A program made the translations under genes and the position numbers. Source: Alphaproteobacteria bacterium UBA4588 (GTDB lineage Bacteria > Pseudomonadota > Alphaproteobacteria > Puniceispirillales > Puniceispirillaceae). Taken from it: a DNA stretch of 64,000 nt. Below the pieces are notes generated by a model, which saw only the letters and a list, made by a program, of their open reading frames with translations, did not search any database and was not told the origin of the DNA. The DNA is taken from NCBI GenBank assembly GCA_949529445.1, contig CATISA010000026.1, positions 15,548 to 79,547 of the forward strand. Direction: 5' to 3'. This document shows, piece by piece, positions 20,073 to 31,293 of this stretch. The first letter of the stretch is position 1. Each line of letters begins with the position of its first letter.

Positions 20073-21623
20073 TTAGCCAGCGTCCGGTGAGGCGTCAGCT
20101 TCACTTTCGTCTGTCGGCGTTTCTTCATCAGAAAACCAATGCGCCCGTGCAGCCATGATAATTTCACCTGCTGCAGCCTCATCTTCAAGGCCGTGCTCAC
20201 CAAGGAAGCCAAGTAACTCTTCGCTGTCGAGCTCGGCTAAATCATCAAGACACAGGATGCTATTTTCAGCCAATGTAAGAACCATTTGAAGCGACAAATA
20301 TTCTGCTTCTTTCAAATCATCTTTCACATCAAGACGTTTTAACTCGCCTTCGATACGGACCGCTTCAGCCTCAACAAACTCTACCGCACGATTATTGAGC
20401 TCGGTTGCAATATCTTCATCAAACCCCTGAATTGTTGACAGCTCATAAATAGGGGTAGCTGCAATATCTTCAACACTTACAAATCCTTCAGCAACTAGCA
20501 GGTGAGCAATAACATCATCAATATTCAAAGCTTCAATGAAACGCGTTGAACGGGTTTTAAACTCTTCTTGGCGACGCTCTGATTCTTCCGCCTCTGTTAG
20601 AATATCAATATACCAGCCAGTCAATTGAGAGGCGAGCCGGACATTCTGGCCACGGCGACCAATCGCAAGACTGAGCTGTTCGTCCGGAACAACGACCTCA
20701 ACTCGGCCTGCAACTTCATCAACAACTACCTTGGCAACTTCTGCCGGTGCAAGAGCGTTAACGATGAAGGTAACGGGATCTTCTGAAAAAGGAATAATCT
20801 CAATCTTTTCACCCTGCAATTCACTAACAACTGCCTGCACGCGGCTGCCTCGAAGACCAACACAAGCACCAACGGGATCAATGCTGCTATCACGTGACAA
20901 GACCGAAATCTTCGCTCGGCTTCCTGGCTCTCTTGCAACAGCTTTAATTTCAATAATACCGTCATAAATCTCAGGCACTTCTTGAACAAATAGCTTGGCC
21001 ATAAACTCGTTTGCTGCCCGTGAAAGGAAAATTTGTGGGCCACGAGGCTCTTCACGTACATCAACAATATAGGCGCGAACTCTATCGCCCTGATTGAAAT
21101 TTTCACGCGGAATCATCTGATCCCGGCGAATCACGCCTTCAGCGCGACCAAGGTCAACAGTGATAGAATAGCTTTCAGCACGTTTTACCGTACCAATAAC
21201 AACTTCCCCAACGCGGTCCTTATATTCCTGATATTGACGGCCGCGTTCAGCTTCACGCACTTTCTGCGAGATAACCTGTTTGGCTGTTTGGGCAGCAATC
21301 CGGCCAAATTCAATCGGCGGAAGTGGCTGGCGCAAAAATTCGCCAAGACCAATCTGGTGTTTGACACCTTCAGTGACAGTCATCTGGGTTGCCTCATTCT
21401 CGACATCTTCGACAACTTCGGTCCAACGCTCAAGATGGATGGCGCCTGTTTTGCGATCGATCATAGCCCGGATATCACGATCATTACCGTATTTCGAGCG
21501 TCCCGCTTTCTGAATGGCTTCTTCCATTGCAATGACAACCTCTTCGCGATCAATTGATTTCTCGCGGGCCACCACATCTGCAATTTGCATCAATTCAAGT
21601 CCTGGAATAGATGATGTATCCAT
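20073..21623 (-). CDS. nusA: Transcription termination/antitermination factor NusA
   Basis: S1 domain, two KH domains (VGACVGLRGSRVQ, AIGRRGQNVRLASQLTG) and C-terminal acidic repeats. Sits in the rimP-nusA-infB context. Confidence 0.95.
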   Translation of the reverse strand: MDTSSIPGLELMQIADVVAREKSIDREEVVIAMEEAIQKAGRSKYGNDRDIRAMIDRKTGAIHLERWTEVVEDVENEATQMTVTEGVKHQIGLGEFLRQPLPPIEFGRIAAQTAKQVISQKVREAERGRQYQEYKDRVGEVVIGTVKRAESYSITVDLGRAEGVIRRDQMIPRENFNQGDRVRAYIVDVREEPRGPQIFLSRAANEFMAKLFVQEVPEIYDGIIEIKAVAREPGSRAKISVLSRDSSIDPVGACVGLRGSRVQAVVSELQGEKIEIIPFSEDPVTFIVNALAPAEVAKVVVDEVAGRVEVVVPDEQLSLAIGRRGQNVRLASQLTGWYIDILTEAEESERRQEEFKTRSTRFIEALNIDDVIAHLLVAEGFVSVEDIAATPIYELSTIQGFDEDIATELNNRAVEFVEAEAVRIEGELKRLDVKDDLKEAEYLSLQMVLTLAENSILCLDDLAELDSEELLGFLGEHGLEDEAAAGEIIMAARAHWFSDEETPTDESEADASPDAG

Positions 21624-21696
21624 AACGTCTGTCCTTTTTATCTTATATCTCTTACCAGCCCCTCATGGGTTGATAAGATATTTGCCTTTCTAATGG

Positions 21697-22272
21697 CTAA
21701 CCAACATCTGTGCCGGACGAAGCCTCATTGTCCGGTATGCTTGTGTTTTTAGCCTTATTTTTTTTCTCATCTCTTCGGAGCTGCTGTTTCAGCGTTGAAA
21801 AAAATTCGGTCGGGTCAATTTTGGCAGTATCTATTTCGTCGAAGGCAAAGCTAACACGCCCTGTTCCTGTATCCAGGTGGATAATATTATCTTCATCTAC
21901 GCCACCAAGTCGGCCACGAAAACGTTTTTGGCCATTACGCGGCTGTAATAATGAAACCTTCGCAAGCTCACCAGCAAAGCGAATAAAATCTTCCGGACGG
22001 GTAAGCGGTCTATCCATACCAGGAGAGCTCACCTCAAGTTGATAGGCTTCACTTATCGGGTCTTCAACATCCAGAACAGCGGCAAGCTGACGACTAATCA
22101 GCGTACAATCTTCAACTGTCATTTCTCGGCTTTCGATTGGTTCAGCCATAATCTGAAGCTGAGAGCGCGCTTTTCCATCTGCGCCAACGCCAGAAAAACG
22201 GACGCGCACAAGCGCGAACCCCAAATCTGAAAGGGTCGGTTCGATTATCTGGTTAAGCTTTTCAGAGACCAT
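21697..22272 (-). CDS. rimP: Ribosome maturation factor RimP
   Basis: Motifs IIEPTLSDLGFALVRVRF and LEVSSPGMDRPL. Immediately upstream of nusA. Confidence 0.85.
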   Translation of the reverse strand: MVSEKLNQIIEPTLSDLGFALVRVRFSGVGADGKARSQLQIMAEPIESREMTVEDCTLISRQLAAVLDVEDPISEAYQLEVSSPGMDRPLTRPEDFIRFAGELAKVSLLQPRNGQKRFRGRLGGVDEDNIIHLDTGTGRVSFAFDEIDTAKIDPTEFFSTLKQQLRRDEKKNKAKNTSIPDNEASSGTDVG

Positions 22273-22383
22273 CCCTGCCCTGCCCTGCTCTTTTACAATT
22301 CGCTATGCATTGTGTTCTTGCTTAATCTTTTTCATAATCGCTTTTCTGCATCAGCCTGTGTTCCACATTCACTTTTAGGCAAC

Positions 22384-22409
22384 AAAAAAGGCGGGCTTTT
22401 GGCCCACCG
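22384..22409 (-). terminator. Rho-independent terminator after trmB
   Basis: Minus strand reads GGUGGGC-CAAAA-GCCCGCC (7 bp, one G.U pair) followed by TTTTTT, about 60 nt after the trmB stop. Confidence 0.55.
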
Positions 22410-22467
22410 CTTCGAAAGAAAACGCTATGTAAGGCATGTGATACGCCACATTCAAGCAAAAAGCAAG

Positions 22468-23178
22468 TTATACACCTTTCAGACGGGCAAAATCAAACCA
22501 ACTTGACGCACGGCCTTCTCTTGTCCCTTTTGCCATATAGCGTGTTTCAGGCCAATTTTTAGGAAGCGTACGCCAATCGGCGGCGGTTTCTGCGCGCCAA
22601 TCAAAAGCAGGATGGCGCATAGCTTCTGCTAACAGCCATGTCTTTGCAATCGGATGGTCACTTGCCATCCGAAGAAACCCACCCGGCACAACCGAGCGCG
22701 CAAGGCTATCAAGCATTTTTTGAGACAGAATACGACGATAAGCGTGCCGTCGTTTCGGCCACGGGTCAGGAAACATAACATAAACGCCATCAAGACAGCC
22801 CCGCTCCATAACATCTAGCAAGGGACGTACATCGTCGGACCAAATACGAATATTGCTCAGGGCATGTTCATCTATCTGGCGCACAAGGCTTGCCACCCCA
22901 TTGATGAACGGCTCAGCGCCAATAAATCCTGCATGCGGGTTGCCAGCAGCAAGCTGAGCAAGATGTTCACCGCCACCAAAACCGATTTCCAGAAACAACG
23001 CATCCTTGTCACTATCAAACTGGCTTGCAAGCGGGGCAGATGAGAGTGCGGCCTTATCAAGAGAGAGGCGAGGTAATTCTTTGCTTAGCAGTTGCTTCAT
23101 ATGGGTGCTTAACGCGCGCCCTTTTCGCCTACCATAAAAATGATAGTCCGGAAGAGACGATGGCCGCGCTCCTGTCAT
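22468..23178 (-). CDS. trmB: tRNA (guanine46-N7)-methyltransferase
   Basis: Motifs LEIGFGGGEH and FPDPWPKRRH. I prefer the start at MTGARPSS (23178), which is downstream of the metK stop. The ORF-track start at 23313 overlaps metK by 95 nt. Confidence 0.85.
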   Translation of the reverse strand: MTGARPSSLPDYHFYGRRKGRALSTHMKQLLSKELPRLSLDKAALSSAPLASQFDSDKDALFLEIGFGGGEHLAQLAAGNPHAGFIGAEPFINGVASLVRQIDEHALSNIRIWSDDVRPLLDVMERGCLDGVYVMFPDPWPKRRHAYRRILSQKMLDSLARSVVPGGFLRMASDHPIAKTWLLAEAMRHPAFDWRAETAADWRTLPKNWPETRYMAKGTREGRASSWFDFARLKGV

Positions 23179-23218
23179 CAAAGCAACCTTTCTCTCACAT
23201 GAGACCAGAACAGCACAT

Positions 23219-24400
23219 CTACAGACTTGCTTTAATCGCATCAACCAAATCGGTTGCTTCCCAGCTAAATGTACCGGCGCCCGCTTCCCCGGCTTTTCTG
23301 CCAAAATGACCATATGCAGATGTCGGTGTATAGATTGGATTATTCAGACCCAGATGAGTTCGGATTCCTTGGGGGCGTAAATCCATGATATCGCCGTTAG
23401 TAAATAGCGCCGCAAGACTGGAATCTGATACAGTGCCCGTACCATGACTATTCACATAGACAGAAACTGGAGCTGCAACGCCAATGGCATAAGCAATCTG
23501 AATAGTACATTTTTTAGCAAGGCCGCTTGCAACAACGTTTTTTGCAAGATAGCGCGCCGCATAGGCAGCTGACCGGTCAACTTTTGTTGGGTCTTTTCCT
23601 GAAAACGCGCCGCCGCCATGAGGTGCTGCACCGCCATAAGTATCAACAATGATCTTACGGCCTGTCAGTCCGGCATCACCGTCGGGTCCGCCAATAACAA
23701 AATTACCTGTTGGATTAATCAAAAAGTTCTTGGCGCCAACCATCCAACCATCTGGCAGAAGATCTGCAGCAAGAGGGGTTATCAGCGCTCTGATATCAGA
23801 TTCGCTCACACCTTCTTTGTGCTGGGTGGACACAACAAGCGTTTCAACACCCTCGATGCTACCATCATCTGCATAGCGCAGCGTGATCTGGCTTTTTGCA
23901 TCAGGACCCAAAATACTATCAGTATTCTTTTTGCGCAGGGCGGCCATCCCCTTCAGAAGCTGATGTGCATAATGAATCGGCGCCGGCATCAGCTCTTCGG
24001 TTTCACCGCACGCATAGCCAAACATTAAACCCTGGTCACCAGCCCCTTCTTCTTTGCTGTCAGAGCTATCAACACCAGCAGCAATGTCAGCCGACTGCTC
24101 ATGCAAATAATTCTGAAATTCAAAATGAGCATGGTGAAATTTGTCCTGCTCATATCCAATATCAGAAATTGCGTTGCGCACCTCAGCTTCTATCTGATCC
24201 ATAATGGAGGGCATATTGTCTTTAGATGCACGCACCTCACCAGCAAGGACAATCCTATTTGTCGTTGCAAGTGTCTCACAGGCAACTCTGGCTTCGCTTT
24301 CATGGCGAAGAAATAAATCAAGGATAGTATCCGAAACACGGTCACAAACTTTATCCGGGTGACCTTCGGATACTGATTCAGATGTAAAAAGATAAGCCAA
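23219..24400 (-). CDS. metK: S-adenosylmethionine synthase
   Basis: Motifs [33 protein letters not shown] and [16 protein letters not shown]. The start codon is TTG, with an in-frame TAA 9 codons upstream and a GAGG SD 6 nt upstream. Confidence 0.95.
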   Translation of the reverse strand: MAYLFTSESVSEGHPDKVCDRVSDTILDLFLRHESEARVACETLATTNRIVLAGEVRASKDNMPSIMDQIEAEVRNAISDIGYEQDKFHHAHFEFQNYLHEQSADIAAGVDSSDSKEEGAGDQGLMFGYACGETEELMPAPIHYAHQLLKGMAALRKKNTDSILGPDAKSQITLRYADDGSIEGVETLVVSTQHKEGVSESDIRALITPLAADLLPDGWMVGAKNFLINPTGNFVIGGPDGDAGLTGRKIIVDTYGGAAPHGGGAFSGKDPTKVDRSAAYAARYLAKNVVASGLAKKCTIQIAYAIGVAAPVSVYVNSHGTGTVSDSSLAALFTNGDIMDLRPQGIRTHLGLNNPIYTPTSAYGHFGRKAGEAGAGTFSWEATDLVDAIKASL

Positions 24401-24457
24401 AATAAACCTCGCAGACGACTGCCATTATGAATTTTTTCAGCATAGTTATTGCCCCAC

Positions 24458-25942
24458 TTACATCCTTTTTACAAGGAAGAAGACACCAAAAACGAGCCAA
24501 CTTATAATTAAGGCAGCACCAAGACAGCGATATTGAGAATAAAATGTAGCAGAAAGTGCCGGTGGCACGGGAATATCAATACTCCCTGAGTGACCAAGTG
24601 GTAGCACGCCTAACAGGCGACCATACCCATCAATACCTGCGGAAATACCGGTATTTGCCGCACGCATAATAGGAATGCCTTCCTCGATAGACCGCATCCG
24701 GGCCTGAGCAAGATGCTGCCAAGGCCCCGCTGTCAGTCCAAACCAACCATCATTTGTCAAATTAACCATTAAATCAGGCCGCTCTTGTCGTTTTTGCTGA
24801 TCAAGGAAATCAGGAAACACAACTTCATAACAAATAAGAACAGCAACATAACCAAAAGGCGACACTCTTAAAAAAGGTTGCATCTGTCCTGACGAAAAAT
24901 CACTTGGGCCAGCTATCGCATCAATAAATGGCACCCCTCGAAATGGCACATATTCTCCAAACGGCACAAGATGTTCTTTGTCATAATAGCCAGAAAGGCG
25001 CCCCTCATGATTGAGCATTACAGCACTATTGAAAAAACGGTTCGCTTTGTCTGATGCATCAGACCTGATAATCCCTGAAAGAAGATAACCATCAAAAGCA
25101 GTTGTAGCGCGGGCAATTTGTCGTACCAATGCAGCTTCTGTCGGCCACCGTCCTGCAATCGCTGTTTCAGGGAGTATAACAAGCTGCGGCACGGGCAGGC
25201 GCGTGGCTGATAGCAAGATCATATCGCGCAAATGTCCATCACGCTCTTCGGCGCGCCATTTTTCGTCTTGTGGCACATTTGGCTGAACAAGGCGGACCTG
25301 GGGAAGTCCATCTGCAAGGCGCGCTATCGATGGTGCCTCAAATGAACGGAGAGCAGCAATGCTAAAAACCAAACAAGCAGGCGCAATAAAAAATAACGCA
25401 GCCCACCCGCGCTTTTGATAAAGACACACCACCGCGCCCATTACCATGAATATGACAAAATTGAGCCCATGCTGACCGATATAGGCGGCTGACTGTGAGA
25501 TAGTGTCAGACGCCATCACAATTTGTGCTGGCGCATTCCAGGGAAACCCTGTGAATAAAATCGTACGCAGATACTCACTGATTCCCAGACCAAGAATAAG
25601 AAGAAGAAGGCGTATCATAGGCGTTGACGCCACTTTGGCTGCGATATAGCCCGGCACAGCCCAAAATAGCGCGATAAAGGCAGGCAGTCCGAGACAAACA
25701 AATGGGAGGAGCCAGACAAATATCTCAGGCCCTGCAAAAAGAGCAGAACCAAGCCAGTATAAAGAGGTTGAAAAATATCCCCATGCGCCACACCAGAGGA
25801 AAAGGGCGCTTCTAAGAGGCGACTGCGCCGTACAGGCAGCGCTCAAAGGTAGAGCAAAAGCACATAAGGCTGCCATAAACCCTGCTGGCGGAAGCGCCAA
25901 ACTTGTTAGGCCACCAGACACAAACGATAGCAAAAATATCAT
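24458..25942 (-). CDS. lnt: Apolipoprotein N-acyltransferase
   Basis: Multi-TM N-terminal half followed by a CN-hydrolase domain (VILPETAI, VLICYEVVFPD). Sits in the corC-lnt context. Confidence 0.85.
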   Translation of the reverse strand: MIFLLSFVSGGLTSLALPPAGFMAALCAFALPLSAACTAQSPLRSALFLWCGAWGYFSTSLYWLGSALFAGPEIFVWLLPFVCLGLPAFIALFWAVPGYIAAKVASTPMIRLLLLILGLGISEYLRTILFTGFPWNAPAQIVMASDTISQSAAYIGQHGLNFVIFMVMGAVVCLYQKRGWAALFFIAPACLVFSIAALRSFEAPSIARLADGLPQVRLVQPNVPQDEKWRAEERDGHLRDMILLSATRLPVPQLVILPETAIAGRWPTEAALVRQIARATTAFDGYLLSGIIRSDASDKANRFFNSAVMLNHEGRLSGYYDKEHLVPFGEYVPFRGVPFIDAIAGPSDFSSGQMQPFLRVSPFGYVAVLICYEVVFPDFLDQQKRQERPDLMVNLTNDGWFGLTAGPWQHLAQARMRSIEEGIPIMRAANTGISAGIDGYGRLLGVLPLGHSGSIDIPVPPALSATFYSQYRCLGAALIISWLVFGVFFLVKRM

Positions 25943-26008
25943 AGGCTGACCTCCCGTAAGATATACTAAGGGAACTATTTTGTGCCGTTTGGCACTAGCT
26001 ACATCATA

Positions 26009-26866
26009 CTAGGTGAGCGAGGGATCACTTCGGTCCTGCTGGGGCGCAATCCCGCTGATACGGATGAGTGAAATACGACGTGGGTCCGAATCAAGTATTT
26101 CAAATTCAAGACCAGAAGGGTGCCTGATCACTTCGCCGCGAACAGGAACACGACCTGCCAATGAGAACACAAGCCCGCCAATCGTATCAACTTCATCACG
26201 CTCGCTTTCCTCGAGCAAATCGCCAAACATATCTTCTAAAACACTGATTTCCAGTCGTGCATTTGCTGTGGCTGAGCCATCATGAGCGATTTCAACATGC
26301 GGTGCTTCATCATCATCATGCTCATCTTGGATTTCGCCAACAATTTCTTCGACCAGATCTTCAATTGTTATCAGACCGTCAATGCCGCCATATTCGTCAA
26401 CAACCAGAGCAAGATGCTGGCGCTTTAGCCGCATTTCTTGCAACAGTTCAAGCAGACGGATTGAAGGTGATACGAATAAAACAGGCCGCAGCAACCCTGA
26501 TAGGGCTGGTTGTTTTTCCTGCAGCGAATGATGCAACAAATCTTTGATATGAAGCATGCCAACAATGGTATCAACGCTACCTTCATAAGCGGGAACCCGA
26601 CTATGGGAGGCTTCATTTATTTGACGCATCACAGCTTCAAACCCATCCGCAATATCAACTGACACAATATCAGCACGCGGCACCATCACATCTTCTGCTG
26701 TAATATCACGCAACCCCAGCATATTGCGGAGCAGCAAGCCTTCATTGATATCAAAGCCAGATTCCATTTCTGAAATAGACGTCTCTATCAGGTCAGTCAG
26801 CTCATCACGCATAGTAGCTGATTTACTAAAGATGGGGATTTTTTTTAAAGCAGACATAAATGCCAT
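26009..26866 (-). CDS. CBS-pair / CorC_HlyC domain protein (CorC/TlyC family)
   Basis: Two CBS repeats (DVMVPRADI..., VVDEYGGIDGLITIEDLVEEIVGEI) and a C-terminal transporter-associated domain. Its start overlaps the ybeY stop (TAATG). Confidence 0.8.
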   Translation of the reverse strand: MAFMSALKKIPIFSKSATMRDELTDLIETSISEMESGFDINEGLLLRNMLGLRDITAEDVMVPRADIVSVDIADGFEAVMRQINEASHSRVPAYEGSVDTIVGMLHIKDLLHHSLQEKQPALSGLLRPVLFVSPSIRLLELLQEMRLKRQHLALVVDEYGGIDGLITIEDLVEEIVGEIQDEHDDDEAPHVEIAHDGSATANARLEISVLEDMFGDLLEESERDEVDTIGGLVFSLAGRVPVRGEVIRHPSGLEFEILDSDPRRISLIRISGIAPQQDRSDPSLT

Positions 26867-27483
26867 TATGCCAGCTCCTGCGCGCTCTTTATCAAAACTT
26901 CATCATACGGATTTGCAATACCAACCCGCGCCAGAAGCCGCGTCTCGTATGCTTCCATTTCTTTGGCACCCTCATCATCTTCATGGTCATATCCGAGCAA
27001 ATGAAGAACGCCGTGAACTAAAAGATGAATAATATGATCATGAGGTGTTATACCGCCATCTTCAGCTTCTTTTAAAATAATTTCACGGCCAAGTGCAATG
27101 TCACCAAGGATAATGAGATCATTCTCACCTGAATCACCTTCTTCATCTACGGGGAAAGACAATACATTGGTTGGGCTCTCTTTCCCCCGAAAATTTTCGT
27201 TGAGCTGGCTCATATGAGCATCATTGGTCCAACAGAGAGAGATGCTTGTTTCAGCTAGCCCTTCTTCGGTGAGAAGAATATCAAAAAGCTGACAGCTAAC
27301 CGCTTCAACATCAGCTATTAGCGGAAGCCAGTCAGGCTCTTCAATGTGGTGTTCAACAATATGACCAGCACCTGATTTCCATTCGCGGTACATGTCAGCC
27401 ATCTCTGTTTCAGATGGATTATTTTTGGCAGATACCGTTTTGCTGGCACTGGGCGTTTGCGCGCTAGAGGGAGGTTTGTTCAC
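26866..27483 (-). CDS. ybeY: rRNA maturation endoribonuclease YbeY
   Basis: Motifs PTNVLSFP and zinc motif HLLVHGVLHLLGYDH. The N-terminus is uncertain. GTG 27483 adds a low-complexity extension of about 30 aa; ATG 27402 (MADMYRE) is the alternative. Confidence 0.85.
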   Translation of the reverse strand: MNKPPSSAQTPSASKTVSAKNNPSETEMADMYREWKSGAGHIVEHHIEEPDWLPLIADVEAVSCQLFDILLTEEGLAETSISLCWTNDAHMSQLNENFRGKESPTNVLSFPVDEEGDSGENDLIILGDIALGREIILKEAEDGGITPHDHIIHLLVHGVLHLLGYDHEDDEGAKEMEAYETRLLARVGIANPYDEVLIKSAQELA

Positions 27484-27530
27484 GTTTTTTTGCTATCTTC
27501 CTAAAACTAAAGTAAGAGTGCCTAATCATA

Positions 27531-28544
27531 TTAGTTTTGTCCAGCATCATAGGCTTTGAGAATACGGGCCACAACTGGATGTCGGACAACATCATCTCCT
27601 GTTAATTTAATAATGCCAATTCCCTTTACATTATCAAGCCGCCCGACAGCATCGGACAAACCAGACATATGACCCTGCGGTAAATCAACCTGAGATAAGT
27701 CGCCTGTAATGACCATACGTGACCCATCACCAAGGCGGGTAAGAACCATCTTCATTTGAACCGGGGTTGTGTTCTGCGCTTCATCAACAATCACAAAAGC
27801 ATTGGTAAGCGTTCGTCCTCGCATGAAGGCCAGCGGCGCAATTTCGATTTCGCCGCTTGCGAGCATTCTGTCAACCTTATCAGCCGGCATCATATCATAG
27901 AGCGCATCATAGAGAGGGCGTAGATAGGGATCGACTTTTTCTTTCATATCGCCGGGCAGAAACCCGAGGCGCTCTCCGGCTTCAACAGCTGGGCGTGACA
28001 GGATAATTCGATCAACAGTTCTGCGTTTGAGGCAGTCTACAGCCTGCGCCACTGCCATATAGGTTTTGCCTGTCCCAGCAGGACCAATCCCGAACACAAC
28101 TTCATTATTGGTCAGCAGTTTGAAATAATCACCCTGACCAGGCGTGCGGGCAAAGATTTTTTTCTTCCACGTCGTTGCAAAAAGCTGTGTAGATACCGGC
28201 GCATCAGATGGGTTTGTTCCATTATCAGCTTGTCGCAGGAGGTCATCAATCAAGGTAGCGTTGGTTTCTTCTCCTGCAGCAGCGCGGGCACTTAATTGCT
28301 TATAGATACCCGTAATAATTTTGCCAGCACGCGCGACATTTTCGTCTGACCCACTTACCTTTAGTTGATTGCCAAAACTATCAATACTGATCTCTAGCGC
28401 CTCTTCAATTCTCGAGAGGCGCTGGTTATGCTGGCCACATAATGTCAGGAGAATATCATTATCTTGAAACTCTAAACGAACTGTCTTTTGCGCGGTGTCA
28501 GCTATCACGTGGAACCCTTTTTCTATCCTGTCAGTGGCATTCAC
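27531..28544 (-). CDS. PhoH-like ATPase (YbeZ)
   Basis: Walker [14 protein letters not shown] and motif VIVDEAQN. The GTG start overlaps the miaB stop (GTGA). Confidence 0.85.
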   Translation of the reverse strand: MNATDRIEKGFHVIADTAQKTVRLEFQDNDILLTLCGQHNQRLSRIEEALEISIDSFGNQLKVSGSDENVARAGKIITGIYKQLSARAAAGEETNATLIDDLLRQADNGTNPSDAPVSTQLFATTWKKKIFARTPGQGDYFKLLTNNEVVFGIGPAGTGKTYMAVAQAVDCLKRRTVDRIILSRPAVEAGERLGFLPGDMKEKVDPYLRPLYDALYDMMPADKVDRMLASGEIEIAPLAFMRGRTLTNAFVIVDEAQNTTPVQMKMVLTRLGDGSRMVITGDLSQVDLPQGHMSGLSDAVGRLDNVKGIGIIKLTGDDVVRHPVVARILKAYDAGQN

Positions 28545-29896
28545 AAAACCGAGCTATCTGACACGACTGATGCCAGTACGGAATTCTGCCTACCCTGTTC
28601 AATTTTCATATCAACAATCTGTCCAATCATGCTGCTATTTCCGTCAAGGTAAACAGATTGCATATAGGGGCTTCGTCCAGTCATCTGGCCTTCACGGCCC
28701 CCATCACGCTCAATCAGGACAGGCATAACCCGCCCCTCACACGATTTGTTAAAAGCTAACTGTTGAGATGAAATCAGTTGCTGAAGAGCTGCAAGCCGGT
28801 CCGTTTTCACCTGCTCGTCTACCTGTGTTTCGTCACTCGCAGCGGGCGTGCCTGGACGCTTGCTATATTTAAATGAGTATGCCGAAGTGTAGCCAACCTT
28901 ATCAATAAACGAAATTGTGTCAGCAAAATCCTTATCTGTTTCACCCGGAAACCCAACAATAAAATCACCTGATAATGCAATATCTGGGGAGGCATCGCGA
29001 AGCCTATCAATGATACGGAAATAGTCATCACGCCCATGTTTGCGGTTCATCCGGCGCAAAATATTATCTGAGCCAGACTGAACAGGAAGATGCAAATAAG
29101 GCATCAGAACATCAACGTCTCGGTGCGCATTGATTAAATCATCATCCATATCTAATGGATGTGATGTCGTATAACGCAACCGCTTTAGCCCATCAAGGTC
29201 CGCTAATTCCCGTATTAGCCGGCCAAGTCCTGCACTGTTGCTAGACTGCTTATCATACCCATGCCATGCATTCACATTCTGACCAAGCAGGGTAATTTCA
29301 ACCGTTCCACCTGCAATAAGCCGTCTTGCTTCTTCAAGAATCTGGCTTGCTGGACGAGAAAATTCTGCTCCTCTTGTATAGGGCACAACACAGAAACTAC
29401 AGAATTTGTCACACCCTTCTTGAACAGACAAAAATGCAGCTGGTCCTCGTGGGAGATGTTCTTCAGGAAGCAAATCGAATTTTACTTCTTCTGGAAACTC
29501 AATATCAACAACATGAGAACGGGCGTGCGGATCGGCCTGAGCGACCAGTTCAGGAAGCCGGTGATATGTTTGCGGCCCAACGACCATATCTACCCATGGT
29601 GCACGCCGAGTGATTTCTTCACCTTCTGCCTGAGCAACACAGCCTGCCACAGCAATAAGAACCTGTTTGTTCTGTTGGTCGGCTGCCCTGCTTTTCACTT
29701 GCCGTAACCGCCCAAGCTCGGAAAACACCTTTTCCGAGGCTTTTTCCCTGATATGGCAGGTATTTAAGATGATCATGTCTGCATCTTCTGGTGCATGGGT
29801 TGGCATATAACCAGCAGGGGCAAGGGCGTCTGCCATTCTATCTGAGTCATAGACATTCATCTGGCAGCCATAGGTCTTGATAAAAAGTTTTTTCAT
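28541..29896 (-). CDS. miaB: tRNA-2-methylthio-N6-dimethylallyladenosine synthase
   Basis: N-terminus [18 protein letters not shown], radical-SAM [11 protein letters not shown], and a C-terminal TRAM domain. The start is set at ATG 29896; the ORF track starts 12 codons earlier. Confidence 0.92.
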   Translation of the reverse strand: MKKLFIKTYGCQMNVYDSDRMADALAPAGYMPTHAPEDADMIILNTCHIREKASEKVFSELGRLRQVKSRAADQQNKQVLIAVAGCVAQAEGEEITRRAPWVDMVVGPQTYHRLPELVAQADPHARSHVVDIEFPEEVKFDLLPEEHLPRGPAAFLSVQEGCDKFCSFCVVPYTRGAEFSRPASQILEEARRLIAGGTVEITLLGQNVNAWHGYDKQSSNSAGLGRLIRELADLDGLKRLRYTTSHPLDMDDDLINAHRDVDVLMPYLHLPVQSGSDNILRRMNRKHGRDDYFRIIDRLRDASPDIALSGDFIVGFPGETDKDFADTISFIDKVGYTSAYSFKYSKRPGTPAASDETQVDEQVKTDRLAALQQLISSQQLAFNKSCEGRVMPVLIERDGGREGQMTGRSPYMQSVYLDGNSSMIGQIVDMKIEQGRQNSVLASVVSDSSVL

Positions 29897-30093
29897 TAGC
29901 GGGCGACTACATACCTTATTTTTTGCAACCACTGTGAAAAGCGTGGTTCATCTTGTTATTATGAAGAATCGTCTCCGGCATAGCCAGTAACCTCTTACAG
30001 GGTCAAGTGTTTTGGTGTTTTGAATATAAAACTGTGCTCTTTTTTGTGAGTCTGTCCAGATATCTTTTTGGTTCAGGCTTTCTTCTGCCACTG

Positions 30094-30549
30094 TTAAAAT
30101 CTTTTTTGCATAATAATCGCATCAACAGAATGGTCTTCATGCTGATAATATCCAGCGCGTTTGCCAACATTTTGGAACCCGCGCTTCTGATAAAGAGCTT
30201 GTGCGGCCTGATTATCCTCTGCCACCTCTAGAAATAGCTCAGATATGTTGTGGCGGCGTGACAGCGCCACCAGCTGATTAAGAAGCCCCGTTGCAATTCC
30301 GATACGCCGAACAGGAGGCGAGACAACAAGCTCAATAATGTCACTGCTTGGGCATACCTGCTGCGCAAGAATAAACCCTGCCAACCTACCGCCAACGTAC
30401 CCACCTATCCCTACTATTGTTGGCGCATCTATCAAATCAGCACATAATTCTGCTTTTTTGCTGCCCTTCTCTGGATAGGTTTCCGCATAAAGGCGCATCA
30501 TGTCCGCCTTATGCTGACCGAGCATGTAGGAAAATACAGGGTGCGTCAT
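30094..30549 (-). CDS. rimI: GNAT acetyltransferase, probable ribosomal-protein-alanine acetyltransferase
   Basis: GNAT motif A, RRIGIATGLLNQL...QALYQKRGF. Immediately downstream of tsaB, the conserved tsaB-rimI pair. Confidence 0.75.
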   Translation of the reverse strand: MTHPVFSYMLGQHKADMMRLYAETYPEKGSKKAELCADLIDAPTIVGIGGYVGGRLAGFILAQQVCPSSDIIELVVSPPVRRIGIATGLLNQLVALSRRHNISELFLEVAEDNQAAQALYQKRGFQNVGKRAGYYQHEDHSVDAIIMQKRF

Positions 30550-30558
30550 AACCTGATC

Positions 30559-31293
30559 CTAATGAACTCCTTTATGCTGACGTGCCTGTTTTTCGGGGCC
30601 AAGGCGCGCTGGGTTAACATAAAGCGGAATTAAAGGACTCATCTGACGGCTAGGGTCGTCAACGGCCCGTGCCGCATATTCGGCAATATCGCGCGCATCC
30701 AACATATGGTGCAGAACCTCTCCATGAGAAGAGAGGCTTTCTTGTGCAGGCCCATCAAGACAACCTATGATATAAAGCGGGGCGTCATTACGGTACTCCT
30801 GTAACCAGCTACCCAGCATATCTGGAGTATGTTCAACACAGGGACTAACCCACCCCCCGCAGGCGTCGTACATTTGGGCAAACCAACTGCCACGACGCGT
30901 ATCTGCAAGGCTTAAATACTGCGCCTGCCTGTCAGCTGTCTTGGAAGCAGCCCTCACGGCAAGAGCCGCCAGCCCACTAACACCAGCCTCTGCGATATTA
31001 TGGGCAATGACAAAGCCAGATGCTGCAGCAAGGCATACACGGATGCCTGTAAAAGAGCCCGGGCCACATCCAGCTGCAACCAATGTAACATCGCTAAAAG
31101 TCGCCCCTGATTGGCCAAGAGCATCCTGTACTAACAAAATAAGCGTCTCAGCATGACCATGGCGGGCTTTATTTTCAGCATAGCCGATAACATCACCAGT
31201 TTTGCGTATGGCAGCAGACGCCATATCACCGCTCGCCTCAAGGCTGAGGATAAGACTACAGTCACGTGCCAAAATTCTGCTAGATTCGGTCAT
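30559..31293 (-). CDS. tsaB: tRNA t6A biosynthesis protein TsaB (YeaZ)
   Basis: Motifs ILSLEASGDMASAAI and GPGSFTGIRVCLAAA. 244 aa. Confidence 0.8.
   Translation of the reverse strand: MTESSRILARDCSLILSLEASGDMASAAIRKTGDVIGYAENKARHGHAETLILLVQDALGQSGATFSDVTLVAAGCGPGSFTGIRVCLAAASGFVIAHNIAEAGVSGLAALAVRAASKTADRQAQYLSLADTRRGSWFAQMYDACGGWVSPCVEHTPDMLGSWLQEYRNDAPLYIIGCLDGPAQESLSSHGEVLHHMLDARDIAEYAARAVDDPSRQMSPLIPLYVNPARLGPEKQARQHKGVH

Noticed and set aside
21033-21557. Long ORFs antisense to or overlapping known genes. Examples: 21033..21557 in nusA, 19624..20070 in ylxR, 29261..29707 in miaB, 41941..42408 in mutS, 45474..45908 in phoR, 53737..54192 in grpE, and 3885..4286 in ubiB.
   Set aside because: Each lies fully inside a gene whose product has unmistakable conserved motifs. 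Their translations are low-complexity (Ser/Ala/Arg-rich or Cys-rich) with no recognisable family. This is typical of shadow ORFs.
22238-22246. tRNA T-loop-like strings. GGTTCGATT occurs near 22238, GTTCGAATC near 1850, and GGTTCAAAT near 63311.
   Set aside because: All lie inside well-supported coding sequences (rimP, mutM, gshB). None has flanking acceptor or anticodon stems. No tRNA or rRNA gene is supported in this window.
24401-24457. A SAM-responsive riboswitch upstream of metK.
   Set aside because: Only 57 nt separate the lnt stop from the metK TTG. I see just one 4-bp hairpin (GCAG-UCGU-CUGC) next to the SD, and I cannot match it to SAM-II, SAM-V or SAM/SAH consensus from memory. The evidence is insufficient. 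A covariance-model scan (Rfam) would be decisive.
30007-30231. A 74-aa plus-strand ORF in the miaB-rimI spacer.
   Set aside because: Most of it is antisense to rimI. It has a hydrophobic, low-information sequence and no SD. It is probably spurious, although the 160-nt miaB upstream spacer must contain the miaB operon promoter.
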